Under the pieces are notes generated by a model that saw only the letters and a program-made list of their open reading frames with translations, did not search any database and was not told the origin of the DNA. The translations under genes were made by a program, and so were the position numbers. Shown here one piece after another: positions 14,100 to 28,283 of a stretch of DNA of 64,000 nt. The first letter of the stretch is position 1. The number at the start of each line of letters is the position of its first letter. Origin of the DNA: the human T2T-CHM13v2.0 reference genome, Homo sapiens; the NCBI RefSeq assembly GCF_009914755.1, contig NC_060948.1. One strand, written 5' to 3'.

Positions 14100-17000
14100 G
14101 AATTCATTGGAATGGAAGGGAATGTAGTGTAATGGACAGGCCTGGAATAAAGTGGAATGCTACGGTCTCGAATGGAATAAAAATGTATGGAATGAAATGC
14201 AATGAAATGGAATCGAATGTCATAGAATGTAATGGAATGCAACAAAATAGAATCCAATATCATTGACTGGAAAGGCTGGGTGTCGAAAGGAATTGACTCC
14301 AATGGAATGGAATCGAATGGAATGGAAGTGAATAGAATCGAACTAAATCGAATGGAATGGAATTGATAGGAACGGAATGGAAAGGAATGCAATGATTTGG
14401 CATGGAATGGAATCGAATGGCATCGAATGGAATGGAATGGAATGCAATGGAATGGAATGTATTAGAATGGAATGAACTTTAATGGAATGTACTCGAATGG
14501 ATTCGACTGGAATGGAATGTTCTGGAAGTGAATGGACTCCAATGGAATGGATTCAAAAGGAATGGAATCGTACGGAATGGAATCTAATGGAATGGAATTA
14601 AATGGAAATGAATCAAATTGAATAGCACGGAATTGAATTGAATGGAATGGAATGCAATGGAATCTAATGAAACGGAAAGGAAAGGAATGGAATGGAATGG
14701 AATGGGCTGGAATGGAAAGGAATCGAAACGAATGGAATGGAATCGAACTGAAGAGACTGGAATGGAATGCACTGGAATGGAAGGGAGTGTAATGGAAGGT
14801 TCTCGAAAAAAATGGAATCGAATGGAATGGAATTGAATGGAACGGAATAGAGTCGAATGGAATTGAATGGAATGGAATGGACTAGAGTGAAATGGAATCG
14901 AACCACAAGGAATGGACAGGAATAGAATGGTCTCGAATTGAATGGAATCATATGGAATGGCATCAAACGGAATGGAATGGACAGCCACGGAATGGAATGC
15001 ACTCGAATGCAATGGAGTCGAAACTAATGGACTGGAATAGAATGGACTCGACTGGTACGGACTCCAATGGAATGGAATCGAATGGAAGGGAATCGAACGG
15101 AATGGACTCGAAGGGAAAAGACTGCAATGGAAAGGTCTCGAATGGAATGGAAATTAATGGAATGGAATGGAATCGAATGAAATGGAGTCAAAAGAATGGA
15201 ATCGAATGGCAAGAAATCGAATGTAATGGAATCGCAAGGAATTGATGTGAACGGAACGGAATGGAATGGAATCCAAAGGAATGGAATAGAATGGAATGGA
15301 ATCGAATGGAAAGGACTCGAATGGCAATCACTCGAATAGAATGCAATTTAATAAAATAGGATCAAATGTAATGGAATGGAATGGAAAGGAATCGAAACGA
15401 AAGGAATGGAGACAGATGGAATGGAATGGAACAGAGAGCAATGGTATAGAATGGAGTGGAATCATCTGGAATGGAATTGAATGGAATGGAATAATATGAA
15501 ATGGAATGGAATGGAATGGAATGGAATGCCCTTGAATTAAATGGACTGGAATGGAATGGACTCGAACAGAGTGGAATGGAAAGTGTTGAGATAGAATGGA
15601 ATGGACTCCTTTGGAATGGTCTAGTATGCAATGCAATCGACTGGCAGGGAATCAAAAGGAATGTAATCGAATGGATTGGACTGGAATGCAATGGACTCGA
15701 ATAGATTGGAAACGGGATGCAAAGGAATGGAATGGAATAGTATGGAATGGAATGGAAAGGAATGGAGTGGAATAGACTAGAGTGGAATGGAATGGACTGG
15801 AAAGCAATGGACTGGAATGGAACTTTCTTGAATGGACTGGAATCAAACGGAATGGAATGCAATGCAATCAAATGGCATGGAATAAAATAGAATGAAAGAG
15901 AATCAAATGGAATTGAATCGAATGGAATCGAATGGATTGGAAAGGAATAGAATGGAATGGAATGGAATGGACTCAAATGGAATGGACTAGAATGGAATGG
16001 ATTCGAATGGAAGGCAAAGGAATGGAATCTATTGGAATGGACTGTAATGGAATGGAATGGAAGGGATTGGAATGGACTCGAATGGAATGGACTGCAATAG
16101 AAAGGATTCGAATGGAATGAAAAAGAATTGAATGGAATAGAACAGAATGGAATGAAATCGAATGAAATGGAATGGAATAGAAAGGAATGGAATGAAATGG
16201 AATGGAAAGGATTCGAATGGAATGCAATCGAATGGAATGGAATCGAACGGAATGGAATAAAATGGAAGAAAACTGGCAAGAAATGGAATCGAAATGAATG
16301 GAGTGTTATGGAACGGACTCAAAAGGAATTGAATGTAATAGAATGGAGTGGAGTGGACTCGAATATAATGGACTGGAATGGAATGAAATCACATGGAATG
16401 GGAACGAATGGAATGGAATGGAAAGGAATGGAATCGAATGGAAAGGAATCGAATGGAAGGGAATGAAATTGAATCAACAGGAATGGAAGGGAATAGAATA
16501 GACGGTAATGGAATGGACTCGAATAGAATGGACACGAATGCTCAAATTGAATGGACTCGAATGGAATGGAAACGAAAGGAATGTCATCGAATGGAATTGA
16601 ATCGATTGGAATGAAATCGCATAGAATGGAGTGGAATCAAATGGAATTGAATCGAAAGGAAAGGAAGCGAATGGACTGAAATGAAATGGAATGGAATTGA
16701 ATGGAAAGTAATGCAATGGAATAGAATGGAACGAAATTTCACGGAATGGAATCAAACTGAATGGAATCAAATCAATGGAATCCAATCAAATGGAATGGAG
16801 TAGATTGGATTGGATGGGATTGGAATGAAATGTACTGGAAAGGACTCGAATTTCATGAAACGGAATGCAATGAATTGGAACGGAATGGACTCGAATGGAA
16901 TGGAATGTCATAGAATGGCATCAAATGGATTGGCATCAAATGGAATGGAATAGAATGCAATGGAATGCTATGGAATGGAATCGAATGCATTGGAATGGAA

Positions 17001-17652
17001 TGTCCTCTAATGGAATGGATTCGAGTGGAATGGAATCGAATATAATGGAGTCGAATGAAATGGAATTGAAAGGAATGGGATCGAATACAATGGAATATAC
17101 TGGAATGTAATGTAATGAACTCGAATGTAATTGACTGGAATGGAATGTACATGAATGGAATGTAATCGAATGGAAAGTAATCCAATGGAATAGAATCTAA
17201 TGCAATAAAATCGACTCAGATAGAGTAGAATGTAATGGAATGGAGTGCAGTGCAATGGAATGGAATGCAATGGAATGCAATGGAATGGAATGGAATGGAA
17301 TGGAATGGAATGGAATGGAATGGAATGGGATGGAATGGTATGGAATGGATAGTAATGGACTGGAGTGAAATGGACTGGAATGGAATGGACTCAAATTGAA
17401 AGGGCTCGAAAGGAATGGAGTCAAATGGAATGGTCTGGAATGGAATGAACACGAATGTAATGCAATCCAATAGAATGGAATCGAATGGCATGGAATATAA
17501 AGAAATGGAATCGAAGAGAATGGAAACAAATGGAATGGAATTGAATGGAATGGAATTGAATGGAATGGGAACGAATGGAGTGAAATTGTATGCAGTAGAA
17601 GGGAATAGAATGGAATGCAAGCGAAAGGAAAGGAATGGATTGGAATGGAATG
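14100..17652 (+). repeat. DYZ1 full unit, 3553 bp
   Basis: EcoRI 14100 to 17653; private 1-bp deletion near 15194 and 15-bp deletion near 16795. Confidence 0.9.
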
Positions 17653-20600
17653 GAATTCATTGGAATGGAAGGGAATGTAGTGTAATGGACAGGCCTGGAA
17701 TAAAGTGGAATGCTACGGTCTCGAATGGAATAAAAATGTATGGAATGGAATGCAATGAAATGGAATCGAATGTCATAGAATGTAATGGAATGCAAAAAAA
17801 TGGAATCCAAAATCATTGACTGGAAAGGCTGGGTGTCGAAAGGAATTCACTGCAATGGAATGGAATCGAATGGAATGGAAGTGAATAGAATCGAACTAAA
17901 TCGAATGGAATGGAATTGATAGGAACGGAATGGAAAGGAATGCAATGATTTGGCATGGAATGGAATCGAATGGCATCGAATGGAATGGAATGGAATGCAA
18001 TGGAATGGAATGTATTAGAATGGAATGAACTTTAATGGAATGTACTCGAATGGATTCGACTGGAATGGAATGTTCTGGAAGTGAATGGACTCCAATGGAA
18101 TGGATTCAAAAGGAATGGAATCGTACGGAATGGAATCTAATGGAATGGAATTAAATGGAAATGAATCAAATTGAATAGCACGGAATTGAATTGAATGGAA
18201 TGGAATGCAATGGAATCTAATGAAACGGAAAGGAAAGGAATGGAATGGAATGGAATGGGCTGGAATGGAAAGGAATCGAAACGAATGGAATGGAATCGAA
18301 CTGAAGAGACTGGAATGGAATGCACTGGAATGGAAGGGAGTGTAATGGAAGGTTCTCGAAAAAAATGGAATCGAATGGAATGGAATTGAATGGAACGGAA
18401 TAGAGTCGAATGGAATTGAATGGAATGGAATGGACTAGAGTGAAATGGAATCGAACCACAAGGAATGGACAGGAATAGAATGGTCTCGAATTGAATGGAA
18501 TCGTATGGAATGGCATCAAACGGAATGGAATGGACAGCCACGGAATGGAATGCACTCGAATGCAATGGAGTCGAAACTAATGGACTGGAATAGAATGGAC
18601 TCGACTGGTACGGACTCCAATGGAATGGAATCGAATGGAAGGGAATCGAACGGAATGGACTCGAAGGGAAAAGACTGCAATGGAAAGGTCTCGAATGGAA
18701 TGGAAATTAATGGAATCGAATGGAATCGAATGAAATGGAGTCAAAAGGAATGGAATCGAATGGCAAGAAATCGAATGTAATGGAATCGCAAGGAATTGAT
18801 GTGAACGGAACGGAATGGAATGGAATCCAAAGGAATGGAATAGAATGGAATGGAATCGAATGGAAAGGACTCGAATGGCAATCACTCGAATAGATTGCAA
18901 TTTAATAAAATAGGATCAAATGTAATGGAATGGAATGGAAAGGAATCGAAACGAAAGGAATGGAGACAGATGGAATGGAATGGAACAGAGAGCAATGGTA
19001 TAGAATGGAATGGAATCATCTGGAATGGAATTGAATGGAATGGAATAATATGAAATGGAATGGAATGGAATGGAATGCCTTTGAATTAAATGGACTGGAA
19101 TGGAATGGACTCGAACAGAGTGGAATGGAAAGTGTTGAGATAGAATGGAATGGACTCCTTTGGAATGGTCTAGTATGCAATGCAATCGACTGGCAGGGAA
19201 TCAAAAGGAATGTAATCGAATGGATTGGACTGGAATGCAATGGACTCGAATAGATTGGAAACGGGATGCAAAGGAATGGAATGGAATAGTATGGAATGGA
19301 ATGGAAAGGAATGGAGTGGAATAGACTAGAGTGGAATGGAATGGACTGGAAAGCAATGGACTGGAATGGAACTTTCTTGAATGGACTGGAATCAAACGGA
19401 ATGGAATGCAATGCAATCAAATGGCATGGAATAAAATAGAATGAAAGAGAATCAAATGGAATTGAATCGAATGGAATCGAATGGATTGGAAAGGAATAGA
19501 ATGGAATGGAATGGAATTGACTCAAATGGAATGGACTAGAATGGAATGGATTCGAATGGAAGGCAAAGGAATGGAATCTATTGGAATGGACTGTAATGGA
19601 ATGGAATGGAAGGGATTGGAATGGACTCGAATGGAATGGACTGCAATAGAAAGGATTCGAATGGAATGAAAAAGAATTGAATGGAATAGAACAGAATGGA
19701 ATGAAATCGAATGAAATGGAATGGAATAGAAAGGAATGGAATGAAATGGAATGGAAAGGATTCGAATGGAATGCAATCGAATGGAATGGAATCGAACGGA
19801 ATGGAATAAAATGGAAGAAAACTGGCAAGAAATGGAATCGAAATGAATGGAGTGTTATGGAACGGACTCAAAAGGAATTGAATGTAATAGAATGGAGTGG
19901 AGTGGACTCGAATATAATGGACTGGAATGGAATGAAATCACATGGAATGGGAACGAATGGAATGGAATGGAAAGGAATGGAATCGAATGGAAAGGAATCG
20001 AACGGAAGGGAATGAAATTGAATCAACAGGAATGGAAGGGAATAGAATAGACGGTAATGGAATGGACTCGAATAGAATGGACACGAATGCTCAAATTGAA
20101 TGGACTCGAATGGAATGGAAACGAAAGGAATGTCATCGAATGGAATTGAATCGATTGGAATGAAATCGCATAGAATGGAGTGGAATCAAATGGAATTGAA
20201 TCGAAAGGAAAGGAAGCGAATGGACTGAAATGAAATGGAATGGAATTGAATGGAAAGTAATGCAATGGAATAGAATGGAACGAAATTTCACGGAATGGAA
20301 TCAAACTGAATGGAATCAAATCAATGGAATCCAATCAAATGGAATGGAGTAGATTGGATTGGATGGGATTGGAATGAAATGTACTGGAAAGGACTCGAAT
20401 TTCATGAAACGGAATGCAATGAATTGGAACGGAATGGACTCGAATGGAATGGAATGTCATAGAATGGCATCAAATGGATTGGCATCAAATGGAATGGAAT
20501 AGAATGCAATGGAATGCTATGGAATGGAATCGAATGCATTGGAATGGAATGTCCTCTAATGGAATGGATTCGAGTGGAATGGAATCGAATATAATGGAGT

Positions 20601-21201
20601 CGAATGAAATGGAATTGAAAGGAATGGGATCGAATACAATGGAATATACTGGAATGTAATGTAATGAACTCGAATGTAATTGACTGGAATGGAATGTACA
20701 TGAATGGAATGTAATCGAATGGAAAGTAATCCAATGGAATAGAATCTAATGCAATAAAATCGACTCAGATAGAGTAGAATGTAATGGAATGGAGTGCAGT
20801 GCAATGGAATGGAATGGAATGGAATGCAATGCAATGGAATGGAATGGAATGGAATGGAATGGAATGGAATGGAATGGGATGGAATGGTATGGAATGGATA
20901 GTAATGGACTGGAGTGAAATGGACTGGAATGGAATGGACTCAAATTGAAAGGGCTCGAAAGGAATGGAGTCAAATGGAATGGTCTGGAATGGAATGAACA
21001 CGAATGTAATGCAATCCAATAGAATGGAATCGAATGGCATGGAATATAAAGAAATGGAATCGAAGAGAATGGAAACAAATGGAATGGAATTGAATGGAAT
21101 GGAATTGAATGGAATGGGAACGAATGGAGTGAAATTGTATGCAGTAGAAGGGAATAGAATGGAATGCAAGCGAAAGGAAAGGAATGGATTGGAATGGAAT
21201 G
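17653..21201 (+). repeat. DYZ1 full unit, 3549 bp
   Basis: EcoRI 17653 to 21202; extra variant EcoRI at 17843; 15-bp deletion near 20345. Confidence 0.9.
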
Positions 21202-24200
21202 GAATTCATTGGAATGGAAGGGAATGTAGTGTAATGGACAGGCCTGGAATAAAGTGGAATGCTACGGTCTCGAATGGAATAAAAATGTATGGAATGGAAT
21301 GCAATGAAACGGAATCGAATGTCATAGAATGTAATGGAATGCAAAAAAATGGAATCCAAAATCATTGACTGGAAAGGCTGGGTGTCGAAAGGAATTCACT
21401 GCAATGGAATGGAATCGAATGGAATGGAAGTGAATAGAATCGAACTAAATCGAATGGAATGGAATTGATAGGAACGGAATGGAAAGGAATGCAATGATTT
21501 GGCATGGAATGGAATCGAATGGCATCGAATGGAATGGAATGGAATGCAATGGAATGGAATGTATTAGAATGTAATGAACATTAATGGAATGTACTCGAAT
21601 GGATTCGAGTGGAATGGAATGTTCTGGAAGTGAATGGACTCCAATGGAATGGATTCGAAAGGAATGGAATCGAACGGAATGGATTCTAATGGAATCGAAT
21701 TAAATGGAAATGAATCAAATTGAATAGCACGGAATTGAATTGAATGGAATCGAATGCAATGGAATCTAATGAAACGGAAAGGAAAGAATGGAATGGAATA
21801 GAATGGGCTGGAATGGAAAGGAATCGAAACGAATGGAATGGAATCTAACTGAAGAGACTGGAATGGAATGCACTGGAATGGAAGGGAGTGTAATGGAAGG
21901 TTCTCGAAAAAAATGGAATCGAATGGAATGCAATTGAATGGAACGGAATAGAGTCGAATGGAATTGACTGGAATGGAATGGACTAGAGTGAAATGGAATC
22001 GAACCACAAGGAATGGACAGGAATAGAATGGTCTCGAATTGAATGGAATCGTATGGAATGGCATCAAACGGAATGGAATGGACAGCCACGGAATGGAATG
22101 CACTCGAATGCAATGGAGTCGAAACTAATGGACTGGAATAGAATGGACTCGACTGGTACGGACTCCAATGGAATGGAATCGAATGGAAGGGAATCGAACG
22201 GAATGGACTCGAAGGGAAAAGACTGCAATGGAAAGGTCTCGAATGGAATGGAAATTAATGGAATGGAATGGAATCGAATGAAATGGAGTCAAAAGGAATG
22301 GAATCGAATGGTAAGAAATTGAATGTAATGGAATCGCAAGGAATTGATGTGAACGGAACGGAATGGAATGGAATCCAAAGGAAGGGAATAGAATGGAATG
22401 GAATCGAATGGAAAGGACTCGAATGGAAATCACTCGAATAGAATGCAATTTAATAAAATAGGATCAAATGTAATAGAATGGAATGGAAAGGAATCGAAAC
22501 GGAAGGAATGGAGACAGATGGAATGGAATGGAAGAGAGAGCAATAGTATAGAATGGAATGGAATCATCTGCAATGGAATTGAATGGAATGGAATAATATG
22601 AAATGGAATGGAATGGAATGGAATGGAATGCCCTTGAATTAAATGGACTGGACTCGAACAGAGTGGAATGGAAAGTGTTGAGATAGAATGGAATGGACTC
22701 CTTTGGAATGGTGTAGTATGCAATGCAATCGACTGGCAGGGAATCAAAAGGAATGTAATGGAATGGATTGGACTGGAATGCAATGGACTCGAATAGATTG
22801 GAAACGGAATGCAAAGGAATGGAATGGAATAGTATGGAATGCAATGGAAGGGAATGGAGTGGAATAGACTAGAGTGGAATGGAATGGACTGGAAAGCAAT
22901 GGACTGGAATGGAACTTTCTTGGATGGATTGGAATCAAACGGAATGGAATGCAATGCAATCAAATGGCATGGAATAAAATAGAATGAAAGAGAATCAAAT
23001 GGAATTGAATCGAATGGAATCGAATGGATTGGAAAGGAATAGAATGGAATGGAATGGAATTGACTCAAATGGAATGGACTAGAATGGAATGGATTCGAAT
23101 GGAAGGCAAAGGAATGGAATCTATTGGAATGGACTGTAATGGAATGGAATGGAAGGGATTGGAATGGACTCGAATGGAATTGACTGCAATAGAAAGGATT
23201 CGAATGGAATGAAAAAGAATTGAATGGAATAGAACAGAATGGAATGAAATCGAATGAAATGGAATGGAATAGAAAGGAATGGAATGAAATGGAATGGAAA
23301 GGATTCGAATGGAATGCAATCGAATGGAATGGAATCGAACGGAATGGAATAAAATGGAAGAAAACTGGCAAGAAATGGAATCGAAATGAATGGAGTGTTA
23401 TGGAACGGACTCAAAAGGAATTGAATGTAATAGAATGGAGTGGAGTGGACTCGAATATAATGGACTGGAATGGAATGAAATCACATGGAATGGGAACGAA
23501 TGGAATGGAATGGAAAGGAATGGAATCGAATGGAAAGGAATCGAATGGAAGGGAATGAAATTGAATCAACAGGAATGGAAGGGAATAGAATAGACGGTAA
23601 TGGAATGGACTCGAATAGAATGGACACGAATGCTCAAATTGAATGGACTCGAATGGAATGGAAACGAAAGGAATGTCATCGAATGAAATTGAATCGATTG
23701 GAATGAAATCGCATAGAATGGAGTGGAATCAAATGGAATTGAATCGAAAGGAAAGGAAGCGAATGGACTGAAATGAAATGGAATGGAATTGAATGGTAAG
23801 TAATGCAATGGAATAGAATGGAACGAAATTTCACGGAATGGAATCAAACTGAATGGAATCAAATCAATGGAATCAAATCAAATGGAATGGAAAGGAATTG
23901 AATGGAGTAGATTGGATTGGATGGGATTGGAATGAAATGTACTGGAAAGGACTCGAATTTCATGAAACGGAATGGAATGAATTGGAACGGAACGGACTCG
24001 AATGGAATGGAATGTCATGGAATGGCATCAAATGGAATGGCATCAAATGGAATGGAATCGAATGCAATGGAATGCTATGGAATGGAATGGAATGCATTGG
24101 AATGGAATGTCCTCTAATGGAATGGATTCGAGTGGAATGGAATCGAATATAATGGAGTCGAATGAAATGGAATTGAAAGGAATGGGATCGAATACAATGG

Positions 24201-24744
24201 AATATACTGGAATGTAATGTAATGAACGCGAATGTAATTGACTGGAATGGAATGTACATGAATGGAATGTAATCGAATGGAAAGTAATCCAATGGAATAG
24301 AATCTAATGCAATAAAATCGACTCAGATAGTGTAGAATGTAATGGAATGGAGTGCAGTGCAATGGAATGGAATGGAATGGAATGCAATGGAATGGAATGG
24401 AATGGAATGGAATGGAATGGGATGGAATGGTATGGAATGGATAGTAATGGAGTGGAATGAAATGGACTGGAAAAGAATGGACTCAAATTGAAAGGGCTCG
24501 AAAGGAATGGAGTCAAATGGAATGGTCTGGAATGGAATGAACACGCATGTAATGCAATCCAATAGAATGGAATCGAATGGCATGGAATATAAAGAAATGG
24601 AATCGAAGAGAATGGAAACAAATGGAATGGAATTGAATGGAATGCAATTGAATGGAATGGGAACGAATGGAGTGAAATTGTATGCAGTAGAAGAGAATAG
24701 AATGGAATGCAAGCGAAAGGAAAGGAATGGATTGCAATGGAATG
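21202..24744 (+). repeat. DYZ1 full unit, 3543 bp (relatively diverged)
   Basis: EcoRI 21202 to 24745; extra EcoRI at 21392; 1-bp deletion near 21786; 10-bp deletion near 22650. Confidence 0.9.
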
Positions 24745-27700
24745 GAATTCATTGGAATGGAAGGGAATGTAGTGTAATGGACAGGCCTGGAATAAAGTGG
24801 AATGCTACGGTCTCGAATGGAATAAAAATGTATGGAATGGAATGCAATGAAACGGAATCGAATGTCATGGAATGTAATGGAATGCAAAAAAATGGAATCC
24901 AAAATCATTGACTGGAAAGGCTGGGTGTCGAAAGGAATTGACTCCAATGGAATGGAATCGAATGGAATGGAAGTGAATAGAATCGAACTAAATCGAATGG
25001 AATGGAATTGATAGGAACGGAATGGAAAGGAATGCAATGATTTGGCATGGAATGGAATCGAATGGCATCGAATGGAATGGAATGGAATGCAATGGAATGG
25101 AATGTATTAGAATGCAATGAACATTAATGGAATGTACTCGAATGGATTCGACTGGAATGGAATGTTCTGGAAGTGAATGGACTCCAATGGAATGGATTCG
25201 AAAGGAATGGAATCGAACGGAATGGAATCTAATGGAATGGAATTAAATGGAAATGAATCAAATTGAATAGCACGGAATTGAATTGAATGGAATCGAATGC
25301 AATGGAATCTAATGAAACGGAAAGGAAAGGAATGCAATGGAATGGAATGGGCTGGAATGGAAAGGAATCGAAACGAATGGAATGGAATCGAACTGAAGAG
25401 ACTGGAATGGAATGCACTGGAATGGAAGGGAGTGTAATGGAAGGTTCTCGAAAAAAAAGGAATCGAATGGAATGGAATTGAATGGAACGGAATAGAGTCG
25501 CATGGAATTGAATGGAATAGAATGGACTAGAGTGAAATGGAATCGAACGAAAAGGAATGGACAGGAATAGAATGGTCTCGAATTGAATGGAATCGTATGG
25601 AATGGCATCAAACGGAATGGAATGGACAGCCACGGAATGGAATGCACTCGAATGCAATGGAGTCGAAACTAATGGACTGGAATAGAATGGACTCGACTGG
25701 TACGGACTCCAATGGAATGGAATCGAATGGAAGGGAATCGAACGGAATGGACTCGAAGGGAAAAGACTGCAATGGAAAGGTCTCGAATGGAATGGAAATT
25801 AATGGAATGGAATGGAATCGAATGAAATGGAGTCAAAAGGAATGGAATCGAATGGCAAGAAATCGAATGTAATGGAATCGCAAGGAATTGATGTGAACGG
25901 AACGGAATGGAATGGAATCCAAAGGAATGGAATAGAATGGAATGGAATCGAATGGAAAGGACTCGAATGGAAATCACTCGAATAGAATGCAATTTAATAA
26001 AATAGGATCAAATGTAATAGAATGGAATGGAAAGGAATCGAAACGGAAGGAATGGAGACAGATGGAATGGAATGGAACAGAGAGCAATGGTATAGAATGG
26101 AATGGAATCATCTGGAATGGAATTGAATGGAATGGAATGATATGAAATGGAATGGAATGGAATGGAATGGAATGCCCTTGAATTAAATGGACTGGACTCG
26201 AACAGAGTGGAATGGAAAGTGTTGAGATAGAATGGAATGGACTCCTTTGGAATGGTGTAGTATGCAATGCAATCGACTGGCAGGGAATCAAAAGGAATGT
26301 AATCGAATGGATTGGACTGGAATGCAATGGACTCGAATAGATTGGAAACGGAATGCAAAGGAATGGAATGGAATAGTATGGAATGCAATGGAAGGGAATG
26401 GAGTGGAATAGACTAGAGTGGAATGGAATGGACTGGAAAGCAATGGACTGGAATGGAACTTTCTTGGATGGACTGGAATCAAACGGAATGGAATGCAATG
26501 CAATCAAATGGCATGGAATAAAATAGAATGAAAGAGAATCAAATGGAATTGAATCGAATGGAATCGAATGGATTGGAAAGGAATAGAATGGAATGGAATG
26601 GAATGGACTCAAATGGAATGGACTAGAATGGAATGGATTCGAATGGAAGGCAAAGGAATGGAATCTATTGGAATGGACTGTAATGGAATGGAATGGAAGG
26701 GATTGGAATGGACTCGAATGGAATGGACTGCAATAGAAAGGATTCGAATGGAATGAAAAAGAATTGAATGGAATAGAACAGAATGGAATCAAATCGAATG
26801 AAATGGAATGGAATAGAAAGGAATGGAATGAAATGGAATGGAAAGGATTCGAATGGAATGCAATCGAATGGAATGGAATCGAACGGAATGGAATAAAATG
26901 GAAGAAAACTGGCAAGAAATGGAATCGAAATGAATGGAGTGTTATGGAACGGACTCAAAAGGAATTGAATGTAATAGAATGGAGTGGAGTGGACTCGAAT
27001 ATAATGGACTGGAATGGAATGAAATCACATGGAATGGGAACGAATGGAATGGAATGGAAAGGAATGGAATCGAATGGAAAGGAATCGAATGGAAGGGAAT
27101 GAAATTGAATCAACAGGAATGGAAGGGAATAGAATAGACTGTAATAGAATGGACTCGAATAGAATGGACACGAATGCTCAAATTAAATGGACTCGAATGG
27201 AATGGAAACGAAAGGAATGTCATCGAATGGAATTGAATCGATTGGAATGAAATCGCATAGAATGGAGTGGAATCAAATGGAATTGAATCGAAAGGAAAGG
27301 AAGCGAATGGACTGAAATGAAATGGAATGGAATTGAATGGAAAGTAATGCAATGGAATAGAATGGAACGAAATTTCACGGAATGGAATCAAACTGAATGG
27401 AATCAAATCAATGGAATCAAATCAAATGGAATGGAAAGGAATTGAATGGAGTAGATGGGATTGGATGGGATTGGAATGAAATGTACTGGAAAGGACTCGA
27501 ATTTCATGAAACGGAATGGAATGAATTGGAACGGAATGGACTCGAATGGAATGGAATGTCATGGAATGGCATCAAATGGAATGGCATCAAATGGAATGGA
27601 ATCGAATGCAATGGAATGCTATGGAATGGAATGGAATGCATTGGAATGGAATGTCCTCTAATGGAATGGATTCGAGTGGAATGGAATGGAATATAATGGA

Positions 27701-28283
27701 GTCGAATGAAATGGAATTGAAAGCAATGGGATCGAATACAATGGAATATACTGGAATGTAACGTAATGAACTCGAATGTAATTGACTGGAATGGAATGTA
27801 CATGAATGGAATGTAATCGAATGGAAAGTAATCCAATGGAATAGAATCTAATGCAATAAAATCGACTCAGATAGAGTAGAATGTAATGGAATGGAGTGCA
27901 GTGCAATGGAATGGAATGGAATGGAATGCAATGGAATGGAATGGAATGGAATGGAATGGGATGGAATGGTATGGAATGGATAGTAATGGACTGGAGTGAA
28001 ATGGACTGGAAAGGAATGGACTCAAATTGAAAGGGCTCGAAAGGAATGGAGACAAATGGAATGGTCTGGAATGGAATGAACACGAATGTAATGCAATCCC
28101 ATAGAATGGAGTCGAATGGCATGGAATATAAAGAAATGGAATCGAAGAGAATGGAAACAAATGGAATGGAATTGAATGGAATGGAATTGAATGGAATGGG
28201 AACGAATGGAGTGAAATTGTATGCAGTAGAAGAGAATAGAATGGAATGCAAGCGAAAGGAAAGGAATGGATTGGAATGGAATG
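24745..28283 (+). repeat. DYZ1 full unit, 3539 bp
   Basis: EcoRI 24745 to 28284. Confidence 0.9.
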
